From an uncultured Pirellulales bacterium (GTDB lineage Bacteria > Planctomycetota > Planctomycetia > Pirellulales > CAYNRE01), in NCBI GenBank assembly GCA_964399535.1, contig CAYNRE010000070.1, positions 402,252 to 466,251 of the forward strand: a stretch of 64,000 bases of DNA, in the 5' to 3' direction. A program made the translations under genes and the position numbers. This document shows positions 9,717 to 19,643 of the stretch, one piece after another (position 1 is the stretch's first letter; the number at the start of each line of letters is the position of its first letter). A model generated the notes under the pieces. That model had not been told where the DNA came from, searched no databases, and worked only from the letters and a program-made list of their open reading frames with translations.

Positions 9717-12700
9717 AGATCAACTCGTTGGAATTGAGCAGGGCCCGGGCCACCGCCGTCATGCCAAAGCGGCTTGCCACGTTGGCGGCCCCCGCGGTTT
9801 CCTCGGCGGTGGGGGGCCGGCAGTAACACAGCCGAAACGCCAGGTCGACCTGGGCCGCCGAGTCGCCCGGATGGGCCGCTTCGAGCCGCGCCGCCAGGGC
9901 CCGGGCCATGTCCCAGGTAAATCGGTGGTTCAGCAGCGTCAGTGCCTGGAGCGGCGTGGTGGTCTGCGCGCGGCGCGGTGCGGAGAAAGCCGGGTCGGGG
10001 CAATCAAAATCGCTCAGCACGTCGACTTCGGCCGCTCGCGCATTCTGGTGATAGACCGCGCGGCGATACGTCTCCGGACCGTGCTCATCGAGCGGAACGT
10101 AGGTAGCCACGTTGTCTTCCAGGTACTGGTAAAGCCGATAGCCCGGGCCCCCCATCGTGGGATCGAGCTTGCCGGCCACCGAGAGCAGCGTGTCGCGCAC
10201 CTGTTCGGCCGTCAGGCGCCGCGGCGGGTAGCGCCACAACAAGCGGCTTTCGGCGTCGGCGGCGAGCGCCTCGCCACGCGCATTGCCGGCTTGGCGATAA
10301 GTCTGCGAGGTGACAATCAAGCGGTGCAGTGGCTTGAGCCGGGTGCCGTGGACCAGCACCTGCCGGGCCAGCCAATCCAAAAGGGCAGGGTGCGTCGGGC
10401 GCCCCCCCATATATCCCAGGTCGCTCGGCGTATCCACGATGCCGCGTCCGAAGTGGTAATGCCAGAGCCGGTTGGCCAGCACACGCGGCGGAAGCGGGTT
10501 GTCGGGCGACGTAATCCACTGGGCCAAGGCCAGCCGGCGCTGCGACTCGGGTGCCTCGGCCGGCTGCTCGTAGCCGCAGGCCAGGTCGCCCAGCACCTCG
10601 AGCCCGTGCGGCGAAACCGCGATTCCGGCGCGCTGGGGGTCGCCCCCCAGAAAAACGGTAAAGGGCCCCGGTGCATCGCGAAACTGCCCGACCCACCAGT
10701 GCGCCAGCGGAGGTACCGCGCGAATCTGGGCATCGAGCTCGGCGATTTGCGCGCCGAGCGCGTCGAGCCGCACTTGGTCGTCCGACGTGGTGGCCCGCTG
10801 GGTCAAACGCCACTGGCGCAGGGCTTCGGTCACGGGCTTGCGATCGTGGCTGTTGGCCACTTCGGTCCAAACCTGGCCGTCGCTGGAAACTTCGATCCGA
10901 TAATCGCCCACGAACAGCGTGTTGGGGTCCTGTGCCCCCAGTCCGCGCGGGCGATCGCTGGAAAACACGATTCGGTCGATCGTCGCCGGCTCGGCCAGCG
11001 TTACAGTCAGCGTTGGGCCCGCCGCCAACCAGCGAGCCCCGTAAACGCCGTCGATGGCCAGCTTCGGGTCGTAGGCCTCGGCGAAGTCGCCGGCCACCCG
11101 GCTGGCCCCCTCGGCCCGCGCCCCCCGCGAAGCCAGGGCCACGTTCTTGGGCTCGGGCCCAGCGGTCCAAATCTCGAATTCGTCGAGTCGAAAGTTGGCC
11201 GCCATGGTTGGCACCGTATCGGTCGACTCGACCACCAGCCGGACCTGTCGCACCAGGGTGGGTGAAAACGGCTCCTCGGTTCCATACCGATCGACTGGCG
11301 GGCGAACCCAGCCGGCCTGGGCCTCGGCGGCCAACCCGTCGGCGCGGTCTTGAATGGCCCGCCGCACCGCGTCGATTTCTCGCGCCAATGCGCCGCGCCG
11401 CGATTCCAGCGGGGCCAGCCGCTCCTGGCGCGCCGCACGCTCGGCCGGAGTTGCCACGTCGCGGGCCCCGTGATGCACTCCGGCCAAGGCGGCGTAGAGC
11501 CCGTAGTAATCGCGCTGGGTTATCGGGTCGAACTTGTGGTCGTGGCACCGGGCGCACCCCACGGTCAGCCCGAGAAAGGCTTCGCTGGTGGTGCGAATGA
11601 TCTCGTCGAGCGTGTTGGCCCGAATCAGCGCGGCTTGCACGGGGTCTTGATTGCCCACGTCGTCATAGGTTCCCGCGACCAAAAACGTGGTGCCCACTTC
11701 GATTGCCGGGTTGCCGGGACCCACCACGTCGCCCGCCAGGTGTTCGGTGATCAGGCGGCTGATGGGTCGGTCTTCGTTCAGGGCGCGAATCACGTAGTCG
11801 CGAAACGGCCAGGCGTTGTTCACCAGGGTATTTCGCTCGAAGCCGGTGCTTTCGCCGAAGCGGACCACGTCGAGCCAATGGCGGCCCCATTGCTCGCCGT
11901 AATGCGGCGAATCCAGGAGCCGGTCGACCAACCGCTCGTAGGCATCGGGGGCCGGGTCGTTCTCGAACTGCCGCACTTCTTCGGGGCTGGGGGGCAGGCC
12001 GGTCAGGTCGTAGCTCAACCGCCGAATCAATACCTGGCGCGGGGCAGGGGGGTTGGCCGCCAACCCGTGGGCCGCCAGCTCGGCCCCCACGAAGCGGTCG
12101 ATGGGGTGCTGGCCCCATTCGGCCGGCAGCAGCCCGCCCAGCCAGCTTTCGACCGAGGGAATCTGGACGTCAGCCAAAGGGGCCAGCGACCACCAATCGC
12201 GCCCGGCGCGCGACCGTTCGCGCAGTTCGACCCCCTCGGGCCAGGCCGCGCCGGCTTCGATCCAGCGGCGCACCAGCGCTATCTGTTGCGCGGAAAGCGG
12301 GGCCCCCTCCTTGGGCATCCGCGGCACACCCTCCTCGCCCGGGCCGACCACCTGGAGCAGGTGGCTCTCGTCCGGTTGCCCAGGCACCACGTAGCCCAGC
12401 TCCCTCAGGTCGTCGGGCGAGGCCAGCGAGAGCTCTCCCTCGCGGCGCGAGGCCTGGTGACACCGCAGGCAATGGGCCGTGAGCAGCGGGGCCACGTCGC
12501 GTTCAAAGTCGACCGGCGCCGGCGTCGGGCTGCCCGCCTCGCCGGCCCGCGACGACCGGTGGATGAGCCCGGGGGCTATCGAAGCGAGCACGGCGGCGAC
12601 CAGGACTGCGGCCCGCGCCAGGCCCAGGCCCGATCGCAGGCTGGCTCGCCCCGGCCGCGGCGCTCGACCGCCGCGCGCCGTCGGCACCCGGCCGCGAAGA

Positions 12701-12786
12701 CCCCTGTTTGGCAAAAAGCGAGGCACGCGCTTCACCCCCACACCGCTCGCCCGCTCGGTTTGCACCCCAAGCGGCCAAGGCCGCAC
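9706..12786 (-). CDS. DUF1549/DUF1553 protein with Planctomycete cytochrome-c-like (PSCyt) domain and F5/8-type-C-like region
   Basis: CLRCHQASRREGELSLASPDDL is the PSCyt1 heme-like motif. At 1026 aa with a signal-like N-region, it is the canonical operon partner of DUF1501. Exact start is uncertain. Confidence 0.85.
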   Translation of the reverse strand: MRPWPLGVQTERASGVGVKRVPRFLPNRGLRGRVPTARGGRAPRPGRASLRSGLGLARAAVLVAAVLASIAPGLIHRSSRAGEAGSPTPAPVDFERDVAPLLTAHCLRCHQASRREGELSLASPDDLRELGYVVPGQPDESHLLQVVGPGEEGVPRMPKEGAPLSAQQIALVRRWIEAGAAWPEGVELRERSRAGRDWWSLAPLADVQIPSVESWLGGLLPAEWGQHPIDRFVGAELAAHGLAANPPAPRQVLIRRLSYDLTGLPPSPEEVRQFENDPAPDAYERLVDRLLDSPHYGEQWGRHWLDVVRFGESTGFERNTLVNNAWPFRDYVIRALNEDRPISRLITEHLAGDVVGPGNPAIEVGTTFLVAGTYDDVGNQDPVQAALIRANTLDEIIRTTSEAFLGLTVGCARCHDHKFDPITQRDYYGLYAALAGVHHGARDVATPAERAARQERLAPLESRRGALAREIDAVRRAIQDRADGLAAEAQAGWVRPPVDRYGTEEPFSPTLVRQVRLVVESTDTVPTMAANFRLDEFEIWTAGPEPKNVALASRGARAEGASRVAGDFAEAYDPKLAIDGVYGARWLAAGPTLTVTLAEPATIDRIVFSSDRPRGLGAQDPNTLFVGDYRIEVSSDGQVWTEVANSHDRKPVTEALRQWRLTQRATTSDDQVRLDALGAQIAELDAQIRAVPPLAHWWVGQFRDAPGPFTVFLGGDPQRAGIAVSPHGLEVLGDLACGYEQPAEAPESQRRLALAQWITSPDNPLPPRVLANRLWHYHFGRGIVDTPSDLGYMGGRPTHPALLDWLARQVLVHGTRLKPLHRLIVTSQTYRQAGNARGEALAADAESRLLWRYPPRRLTAEQVRDTLLSVAGKLDPTMGGPGYRLYQYLEDNVATYVPLDEHGPETYRRAVYHQNARAAEVDVLSDFDCPDPAFSAPRRAQTTTPLQALTLLNHRFTWDMARALAARLEAAHPGDSAAQVDLAFRLCYCRPPTAEETAGAANVASRFGMTAVARALLNSNELIYVD

Positions 12787-12981
12787 CGAGCTCGCCGGCC
12801 AGCGTCCGATCGCCGTGGCCGGAGACCTTGGGCTATTCTACTCGGCCAAACGTCGCCTGTTGACGGTTAAGTTGACCACCACGGCCAGCCGGGATAGAAA
12901 GCGGTGGCACCCGGCCGGAAACGCAAATCGGAGCCCGCCGGAACCGCCTTGGCATACCCCCCTCCGAGGAGCCCGAAATCC

Positions 12982-14223
12982 ATGTGGTCCAACGGTCACC
13001 GCCGAACTTTGGCGGGCATGGCGGTCGGCGGAGCGCTGTCCGTGGCGGTGTTGGGCTGCCGACCTCAGGGCGCGCCGCCCGAGCCCCCCGTTCCCAAAGT
13101 AACCGTGGCGCACCCCGTTTCGCGCGAGCTAATCGACTACGACTATTACAACGGTTGGCTTCAGGCCAGCGAAAGCGTCGAGGTGCGAGCCCGGGTCAAC
13201 GGCTACTTGACTGAAATCTACTTTCGCGACGGCGAAGAAGTGGAACAAGGCGCCAAGCTGTTTGAAATCGACCCGCGCCCCTTTCAGGCCGAGGTCGACC
13301 GGGCCCAGGCCGAGCGGGCCAGGGCCGAAGCCGAACTGGCCCGCACAACCGCCAACCTGGCGCGGGCCGACAAGCTGCAACCCAGCCGGGCGATTTCGCA
13401 AGAAGAGTACGACCGCACCGTGGCCGAAAAGGCCGTGGCCGACGCCGAGGTGAAATCGGCCCAGGCGGCGCTCGAGCGTGCCGAGCTCGATCTGGAGTTT
13501 ACCCAAGTCACCGCACCGATCGCGGGACGCATTAGCCGCAACCTGATCACCGTGGGCAATCTGGTCCAGGCCGACACAACGCTGCTGACCAGCGTGGTAT
13601 CGATCTCGCCTTACTTTTGCTACTTCTATGTCGACGAACGTTCGCTACAGGGCTATCAACGCCGCAATCGCGAGCGCATTCCCGATGCACCCCGCCTGGC
13701 CCTTTCCGAGTTGAAGATTCCCTTCGAGTTCGGCCTGGAAACCGAAGAGGGCTACCCGCACCAGGGGATGCTCGATTTTTCCGATAACCGGGTCGACCCC
13801 GCCACGGGGACGATCCAAATCCGCGGCGTGATCGACAACCAGAAGCGGCTTTTCGTCTCGGGCGAGCGCGTGCGGATGCGGTGCGGCAACCGAGACCCTT
13901 ACCAGGCGCTGCTGGTTCCGGAAACGGCCATTTTGGCCGACCAAGACAAGCGCTATGTCTTGGCCCTGACCAGCGACCACGTCGTCCGCCGCCAAGATGT
14001 TCGGCTCGGCCGGCTGCAAGACGATGGAATGCGGGCGGTAGTTCCGCTCGGCCAGGAGGCCGAATCGCTTGGCGACCAGGCCTGGATCGTGGTGCAGGGG
14101 CTGCAAGCTGCCCGAATCAACTACCCTGTCGAAGCGCTCGACGCCGCCGGCAAACCGATTGCACCGCCGGGAAAACCGAAAGCCAGCGCCACCGCCTCGA
14201 CCCCGTTGCCGGTCCGCTCGTAG
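12982..14223 (+). CDS. RND efflux membrane fusion (periplasmic adaptor) protein
   Basis: Signal/lipobox MAVGGALSVAVLGC. Coiled-coil and beta-barrel adaptor regions (QAEVDRAQAERARAEAELARTTANLARADKL). It sits immediately upstream of an AcrB-type pump. Confidence 0.8.
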   Translation: MWSNGHRRTLAGMAVGGALSVAVLGCRPQGAPPEPPVPKVTVAHPVSRELIDYDYYNGWLQASESVEVRARVNGYLTEIYFRDGEEVEQGAKLFEIDPRPFQAEVDRAQAERARAEAELARTTANLARADKLQPSRAISQEEYDRTVAEKAVADAEVKSAQAALERAELDLEFTQVTAPIAGRISRNLITVGNLVQADTTLLTSVVSISPYFCYFYVDERSLQGYQRRNRERIPDAPRLALSELKIPFEFGLETEEGYPHQGMLDFSDNRVDPATGTIQIRGVIDNQKRLFVSGERVRMRCGNRDPYQALLVPETAILADQDKRYVLALTSDHVVRRQDVRLGRLQDDGMRAVVPLGQEAESLGDQAWIVVQGLQAARINYPVEALDAAGKPIAPPGKPKASATASTPLPVRS

Positions 14224-14286
14224 CGCCGCGCGGCTTAAGCCCCGGCGCCCGCCGGGGCGCCGCGGGCCGTTCGCCAAGGGCACACC

Positions 14287-17200
14287 ATGTTCGCACGCTT
14301 TTTTGTCGACCGCCCGGTCCTGGCCACGGTGCTGTCGCTGGTCATCGTGATCGTGGGGGGGGTCGCCTTCACGCGGCTGTCCGTGGCCCAGTTTCCCGAC
14401 GTTACGCCCCCCACCATCTCGGTTACGGCCAGTTACCCGGGGGCCGACGCCAAAACTGTGGCCGACACCGTGGCCATGCCGATCGAGCAGGAAATCAACG
14501 GCGTGGAGCGGATGCTCTACATGAGCTCGCGCTCGACCAACGACGGCCAGGTTACGATCGACGTTACTTTCGAGCTGGGCACCAACCTCGACACGGCCCA
14601 GGTGCTGGTGCAAAACCGGGTGGCAATCGCGCTGCCCCGCTTGCCTGAAGAGGTGCGCCGCATCGGCGTCACCACCAAGAAGCGCTCGCCCAACATTCTC
14701 TTGGCCATCAACCTGGTCTCGGCCAAACGGCCCGACGGCAGCTTTTATTACGACCAGCTTTATCTCAGCAATTTCGCCACGCTCAACGTGAAAGACGACC
14801 TGGCCCGCATTCGCGGCGTGGGCGACGTCAGCTTTCTGGGCGGCCGCGACTACAGCATGCGGGTTTGGCTCGATCCCAACAAGCTGGCCTCGCTGCAGAT
14901 GACCGTGAGCGACGTCATCCGCGCCATCCAGGAACAAAATGTGCAGGTGGCCGCCGGACGGCTCGGCCAGCCCCCCGTGCCGCCCGGCACCAACATCGCC
15001 TTTCAATTGCCTGTGCGGGCCCAGGGCCGCTTGAGCGACCAGGCGCAATTCGAGAAGATCGTCGTCCGCCGGGGCGACCGCGGGCAATTGGTTTACCTTC
15101 GCGACCTGGTGGCCGACCCCGCCTACAACGCCGACGGAACTCAGCAAAGCCAGGGCGTGGAGCTGGGGGCCAAGAATTACGACGTCACCAGCTACCTGGA
15201 TGGCGAACCATCGGCCACGCTGGCCCTGTTTCAGTTACCCGGTTCCAACGCCCTGGAAACCGCCGAGGCCATCAAGGCCAAGATGCGGGAACTACGAAGC
15301 CGGTTTCCCCAGCAAACGGTCGACGGCAAGCTGGTACACACCGTCGACTACAAAATCGTTTACGACACCACGGTCTTCATCGAGGAATCGATCAACGAGG
15401 TTTACAAAACCCTGTTCGAGGCCTTCGTCCTGGTGTTCATCGTGGTGCTGGTCTTCCTGCAAGATTGGCGGGCCACGCTGCTGCCGATGATCGACGTGCC
15501 CGTGTCGCTGGTGGGTACCTTCGCCGTGATGGCCGCGCTGGGCTTCTCGCTCAACAACCTGACGCTGTTCGGGTTGGTGCTGGCCATCGGTATCGTGGTC
15601 GACGACGCGATCGTGGTGGTCGAAAACGTGGAACGCTGGATGGCCAAGGGGCTGCCTCCGCGCGAGGCGACGCTCAAGGCCATGGCCGAAATTACCGGCC
15701 CCGTGATCGCCATCACCTTGGTACTCAGCTCGGTATTCATTCCAACCGCGTTTCTGGCGGGAATTACCGGCCAGTTCTATCGCCAATTCGCCCTGACCAT
15801 CGCCGCCTCGACGATCATCTCGGCCATCAACGCCATGACCATGGCCCCCGCCCGGGCCGTTTCGCTCATCCGGCCCCACGATCCGCACCACGGTGTCCGC
15901 GAGGTACTGCCCCGGCCCGGGGTGGCAATTCTGATCGGCCTGGCGGCGCTGCGGCTGGCGGCGGGCTGGCTGCCCGGCGCCGGCCACCAGGGGGCCGAAG
16001 CCGGCGAGGCGGGCGCGACGGGGGAATCGACCCTTTGGTACTGGGGGCTGCGGCTGGGGGTTTTTGCCGTCGGCGCCGCGGCCGGGTGGTTGGCATACCG
16101 CGTCCTCAACGGCTTGCTGGCCGGATTCCTGACCGGGTTCAATCGGCTATTCGATCGCCTCAGCGCCGGCTACGGGCTGGCGGTTCGGGGCCTGCTGCGC
16201 ACCAGCCTGGTGGTCTTGGTGCTTTACGTCGGGCTGTTGGCCGCCACCGGGGTCGGCTTTCAGGTGGTGCCCCGCGGGTTCATTCCCGAACAAGATAAGG
16301 GTTACCTGGTTTTCCAGGCCACGCTGCCCGATGGGGCCAGCCTGGCCCGCACCGAGGAGGTGATCCGCCAGGCGGCCGACCTGATTCGCCAGGTTCCGGG
16401 GGTGGCTCACACGGTCGAGGTGCCCGGCTACTCGATCTTTCTGGGAACCAACCTCAGCAACGTCGGCGGCATGTTCGTGGTGCTCGAACCGTTTGAAGAG
16501 CGGGCTGGCGATCCCACGCGCTCGGCCCGGGCCGTGCTGACCGAGCTGAACCGCCGCTTGGCACCGCTGCGCAGCGCCACGTTTGCCGTATTCAACGCCC
16601 CGCCGGTCGAGGGAATCGGCAGCACGGGGGGCGTTAAAATGCAAGTGCAAGATCGCCGCGCCGCCGGGCTGCGCGAGCTGGACGGTGCCGTGCAAAACCT
16701 GGCTCAGGTGGGCCGCGGCCAAGCGGGGTTCGCCGCCATGTTCAGCACCTTCAGCGTGAATCAGCCCCAGGTGTACCTGGAAATCGACCGCGAGAAGGCC
16801 AAGGCCCAGGGGGTGCCGCTCGACGAGATTCACCTCACGCTGCAGGCCTGTTTAGGCTCGTTCTACGTGAACGATTTCTTCTTTCAGAACCGCAACTGGC
16901 AAGTCAATGTGCAGGCCGATCCCGAGTTTCGACTCCACACCGAGGATATCGGCCGGCTCGAGGTGCGCAACGCCGCGGGCATTCGCGTGCCACTGCGCAG
17001 CGTGGTCAACATTCGCGATACGGCCGGCCCCGCCGTGGTGAATCACTTCAATCTTTATCCCTCGGCCGACCTGAACGCCATGACTTTTCCTGGCGTTAGC
17101 TCGGGCCAGGCGATCGCCGCGATGGAGACCATGGCGGGTCAGCAATTGCCGCAAACCATGGGCTTCGAATGGACCGAGTTGGCCCTGCAAGAGGTACTGG

Positions 17201-17799
17201 CAGCCGCCGACGTGCTCAGCAAGCTTATCTTCCCGCTTTCCGTCGTCTTCGTGTTTATGGTGTTGGCCTCGCAGTACGAAAGCTGGACACTGCCCATGGC
17301 CATCTTGTTGATTGTGCCCATGTGCTTGTTCTCGGCTCTCTTGGGTGTGTATGCCGTGGGGCTGGACAACAACATTTTCGTTCAGATCGGCCTGGTGGTG
17401 CTGATTGGCCTGGCCGCCAAGAACGCCATTCTGGTCGTTGAGTTTTCCAAACAACTGGAAGATGAGGGGCGCGACCGGGTCGAGGCCGTGGTCGAGGCCT
17501 GCCGGGTGCGGTTGAGGCCCATCCTGATGACCTCGTTCGCCTTCATCCTGGGCGTGGTGCCGCTGGTAATGGCAAAAGGGGCCGGGGCCGAAATGCGTTT
17601 CGCCCTGGGCGTGGCGGTGTTGAGCGGGATGATCGGCGTGACCCTCTTCGGACTCGCCTTCACTCCGGTGTTCTACTATGTCGTGCGACGGCTCTTCGCC
17701 GGGAGATCGGGACCAGCGGCCCCCAGCGCCGCCCACGGCGCGCCAGCCCGGGCCGACGAGCAAGCGGCTACGCCGGCCCCCGCCTCGCCGGCGCCGTAG
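14287..17799 (+). CDS. RND efflux transporter permease (AcrB/HAE1 family)
   Basis: MFARFFVDRPVLATVLSLVIVIVGGVAF is the canonical AcrB N-terminus. At 1170 aa it has 12-TM architecture with two large periplasmic loops. Confidence 0.9.
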   Translation: MFARFFVDRPVLATVLSLVIVIVGGVAFTRLSVAQFPDVTPPTISVTASYPGADAKTVADTVAMPIEQEINGVERMLYMSSRSTNDGQVTIDVTFELGTNLDTAQVLVQNRVAIALPRLPEEVRRIGVTTKKRSPNILLAINLVSAKRPDGSFYYDQLYLSNFATLNVKDDLARIRGVGDVSFLGGRDYSMRVWLDPNKLASLQMTVSDVIRAIQEQNVQVAAGRLGQPPVPPGTNIAFQLPVRAQGRLSDQAQFEKIVVRRGDRGQLVYLRDLVADPAYNADGTQQSQGVELGAKNYDVTSYLDGEPSATLALFQLPGSNALETAEAIKAKMRELRSRFPQQTVDGKLVHTVDYKIVYDTTVFIEESINEVYKTLFEAFVLVFIVVLVFLQDWRATLLPMIDVPVSLVGTFAVMAALGFSLNNLTLFGLVLAIGIVVDDAIVVVENVERWMAKGLPPREATLKAMAEITGPVIAITLVLSSVFIPTAFLAGITGQFYRQFALTIAASTIISAINAMTMAPARAVSLIRPHDPHHGVREVLPRPGVAILIGLAALRLAAGWLPGAGHQGAEAGEAGATGESTLWYWGLRLGVFAVGAAAGWLAYRVLNGLLAGFLTGFNRLFDRLSAGYGLAVRGLLRTSLVVLVLYVGLLAATGVGFQVVPRGFIPEQDKGYLVFQATLPDGASLARTEEVIRQAADLIRQVPGVAHTVEVPGYSIFLGTNLSNVGGMFVVLEPFEERAGDPTRSARAVLTELNRRLAPLRSATFAVFNAPPVEGIGSTGGVKMQVQDRRAAGLRELDGAVQNLAQVGRGQAGFAAMFSTFSVNQPQVYLEIDREKAKAQGVPLDEIHLTLQACLGSFYVNDFFFQNRNWQVNVQADPEFRLHTEDIGRLEVRNAAGIRVPLRSVVNIRDTAGPAVVNHFNLYPSADLNAMTFPGVSSGQAIAAMETMAGQQLPQTMGFEWTELALQEVLAAADVLSKLIFPLSVVFVFMVLASQYESWTLPMAILLIVPMCLFSALLGVYAVGLDNNIFVQIGLVVLIGLAAKNAILVVEFSKQLEDEGRDRVEAVVEACRVRLRPILMTSFAFILGVVPLVMAKGAGAEMRFALGVAVLSGMIGVTLFGLAFTPVFYYVVRRLFAGRSGPAAPSAAHGAPARADEQAATPAPASPAP

Positions 17800-18157
17800 C
17801 TGAGCCGAGAGGGCGGCGCCCCCCGGGGCATGGTCTGGCAGGCAATCGCATTCCGGACAGCCGGCCGCCTCGCGCGGCGATTCCCCGGGGATTGTCCGCC
17901 GGACGGCGCGGGCGGTTGGCGAACAAGCCTGGAGTACCCCCGAATGCAACTTTCAACTCGGTGACCCGTTCCAACCGGGCTGCCCGTGCTAGCGGGGCTC
18001 GAGAAAACCCGCGCGGCGGCCGTTCCAGATTCCCTGCCGATTTTGTCGTCGTTCGAGAATGCGGGCCAATCGGCGCGCGAGAGAAACTCTCGCGCAAGTG
18101 GCAGCCATCCAGCCCTGAATCTAGGTCAAAGCCCAGGCTCGAATCGAAAGGTCAATC

Positions 18158-18907
18158 ATGAAAATCCTAGTCATCGGCGGCACCGGCCTGATCGGGAAAA
18201 AGCTGGTGACAATCTTGCGCGAAAGCGGTCATGAGGCCGTTTCGGCGTCGCCCTCTTCGGGTGTCAATACGATCACCGGCGAGGGGCTGATGAAGGCGCT
18301 GGGCGGCGCCAAGGTCGTCGTCGACGTCGCCAACGCTCCCTCGTTCGAGGACCAGGCGGTGCTCGAGTTCTTCGAAACCTCAGGGCAAAACCTGTTAGCC
18401 GCGGAAGCGGCCGTGGGCGTGGAACATCATGTGGCCCTCTCGGTCGTGGGGGCCGACCGCTTGCCAGACAGCGGCTACATGCGGGCCAAGGTCGCCCAGG
18501 AATCGCTTATCAAAGCCTCGTCGATTCCCTATACGATCGTCCGCGCTACGCAGTTTTTCGAATTCGTCCGCGGCATTGCCGACTCGGCGACCGAGGGAAA
18601 CATCGTTCGGCTCCCCTCGGCGATGATGCAGCCTATCGTTTCCGACGACGTCGCGGCGGCGCTGGCCAAGGTAGCCCTCGCCAAACCCGTCGGCGGCACG
18701 ATCGAACTCGCCGGTCCGGAACCCATTGCCATGGATGAGTTGGCGCGGCGGTTCCTAAGCGCCGTCGGCGACGCGCGCCAGGTAGTGACCGATCCCCGGG
18801 CCCGCTATTTCGGGGCCCTGGTTGACGACGTCAGCCTGATGCCAGGCGAGCAGCCGCGCCTGGGAACCACTTCGTTCGCCGAGTGGCTCGGCAAATCGAC
18901 TGCCTAG
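18158..18907 (+). CDS. NmrA-like/SDR-family NAD(P)H-binding protein
   Basis: MKILVIGGTGLIGKKLV Rossmann GxxGxxG motif. Length of 249 aa fits NmrA-type atypical SDRs. Confidence 0.75.
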   Translation: MKILVIGGTGLIGKKLVTILRESGHEAVSASPSSGVNTITGEGLMKALGGAKVVVDVANAPSFEDQAVLEFFETSGQNLLAAEAAVGVEHHVALSVVGADRLPDSGYMRAKVAQESLIKASSIPYTIVRATQFFEFVRGIADSATEGNIVRLPSAMMQPIVSDDVAAALAKVALAKPVGGTIELAGPEPIAMDELARRFLSAVGDARQVVTDPRARYFGALVDDVSLMPGEQPRLGTTSFAEWLGKSTA

Positions 18908-18968
18908 CGGCCACCGCCGCAGCCGGTCCGCGTCCTGGAAAAGGCTGCCCCGATGCTTGCGCGGCCGG

Positions 18969-19625
18969 CTAGGCGCGGATCATCGCCAGCATCAGGTAAG
19001 CGGCAACCGAACTACCGCCCGTCACAAGCAGGACCGTGGCAATCCGAGTCCACGGCGGCAGCCGGGCCAGCAGCCAGGTCATCGCAACCAGGCCGGCGGC
19101 TGAGACAAAAAACGCCGAGGTGAACCAGAGTTGCTCGACCGGGTTCGAAAGACGCAACAGCCGGACGACCAGTCCCACCGGAATCAATCCGGGACCACAG
19201 GGAAGGAGAGACCAGGTCGTTTCCTTACAGTGGTCACAGGGAACGTAAAGAAGCGTGAATACCGCCGTGACCACAAACGGCAGGTAAAGCGCGCTCCAGG
19301 CCAGCCCGTAGCCGCGGCGCCAGGTCGCTCGGCGCCAGGCAAACGGCACGATCGACGCAGCGAAGAAAGCAATGGTCAGGCCGATGCCAAACCCGATCGT
19401 TCGGCCGATCCCGAACAAGACGGCGACCAGGCTGATCGCAACCACCAGCATCCGGAGCGAGTATTGTCGGGTGCTCCGCGCGGCCCCAGGCCCGCCCGCG
19501 GCGCCAGGCGGCTCGTTGTTCGCTCGGCTGCCTTGATCAAGCCCCGGGCCAGCCACCACGATGAACCGACCTCGTTTCCAGTTGTTGCCGGCGCCGGCTG
19601 CGCTGGAATGGACTGCGTTTACCAC
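18969..19625 (-). CDS. integral membrane protein (hypothetical)
   Basis: Four or more predicted helices. A CDHCKETTWSLLPCGPG Cys/His cluster sits in one loop. Start is uncertain. Confidence 0.3.
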   Translation of the reverse strand: MVNAVHSSAAGAGNNWKRGRFIVVAGPGLDQGSRANNEPPGAAGGPGAARSTRQYSLRMLVVAISLVAVLFGIGRTIGFGIGLTIAFFAASIVPFAWRRATWRRGYGLAWSALYLPFVVTAVFTLLYVPCDHCKETTWSLLPCGPGLIPVGLVVRLLRLSNPVEQLWFTSAFFVSAAGLVAMTWLLARLPPWTRIATVLLVTGGSSVAAYLMLAMIRA

Positions 19626-19643
19626 CCTCGGCAGGGAAGCGAC

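Noticed and set aside
9574-11557. Long ORFs 9574-11265 (+) and 10085-11557 (-) inside the PSD1 gene
   Set aside because: Shadow ORFs. The minus-strand frame at 9706-12786 carries the PSCyt/DUF1553 motifs.
14865-16298. 477-aa + ORF and 231-aa - ORF within the RND pump gene
   Set aside because: Out-of-frame artefacts. The AcrB frame is continuous and motif-rich.
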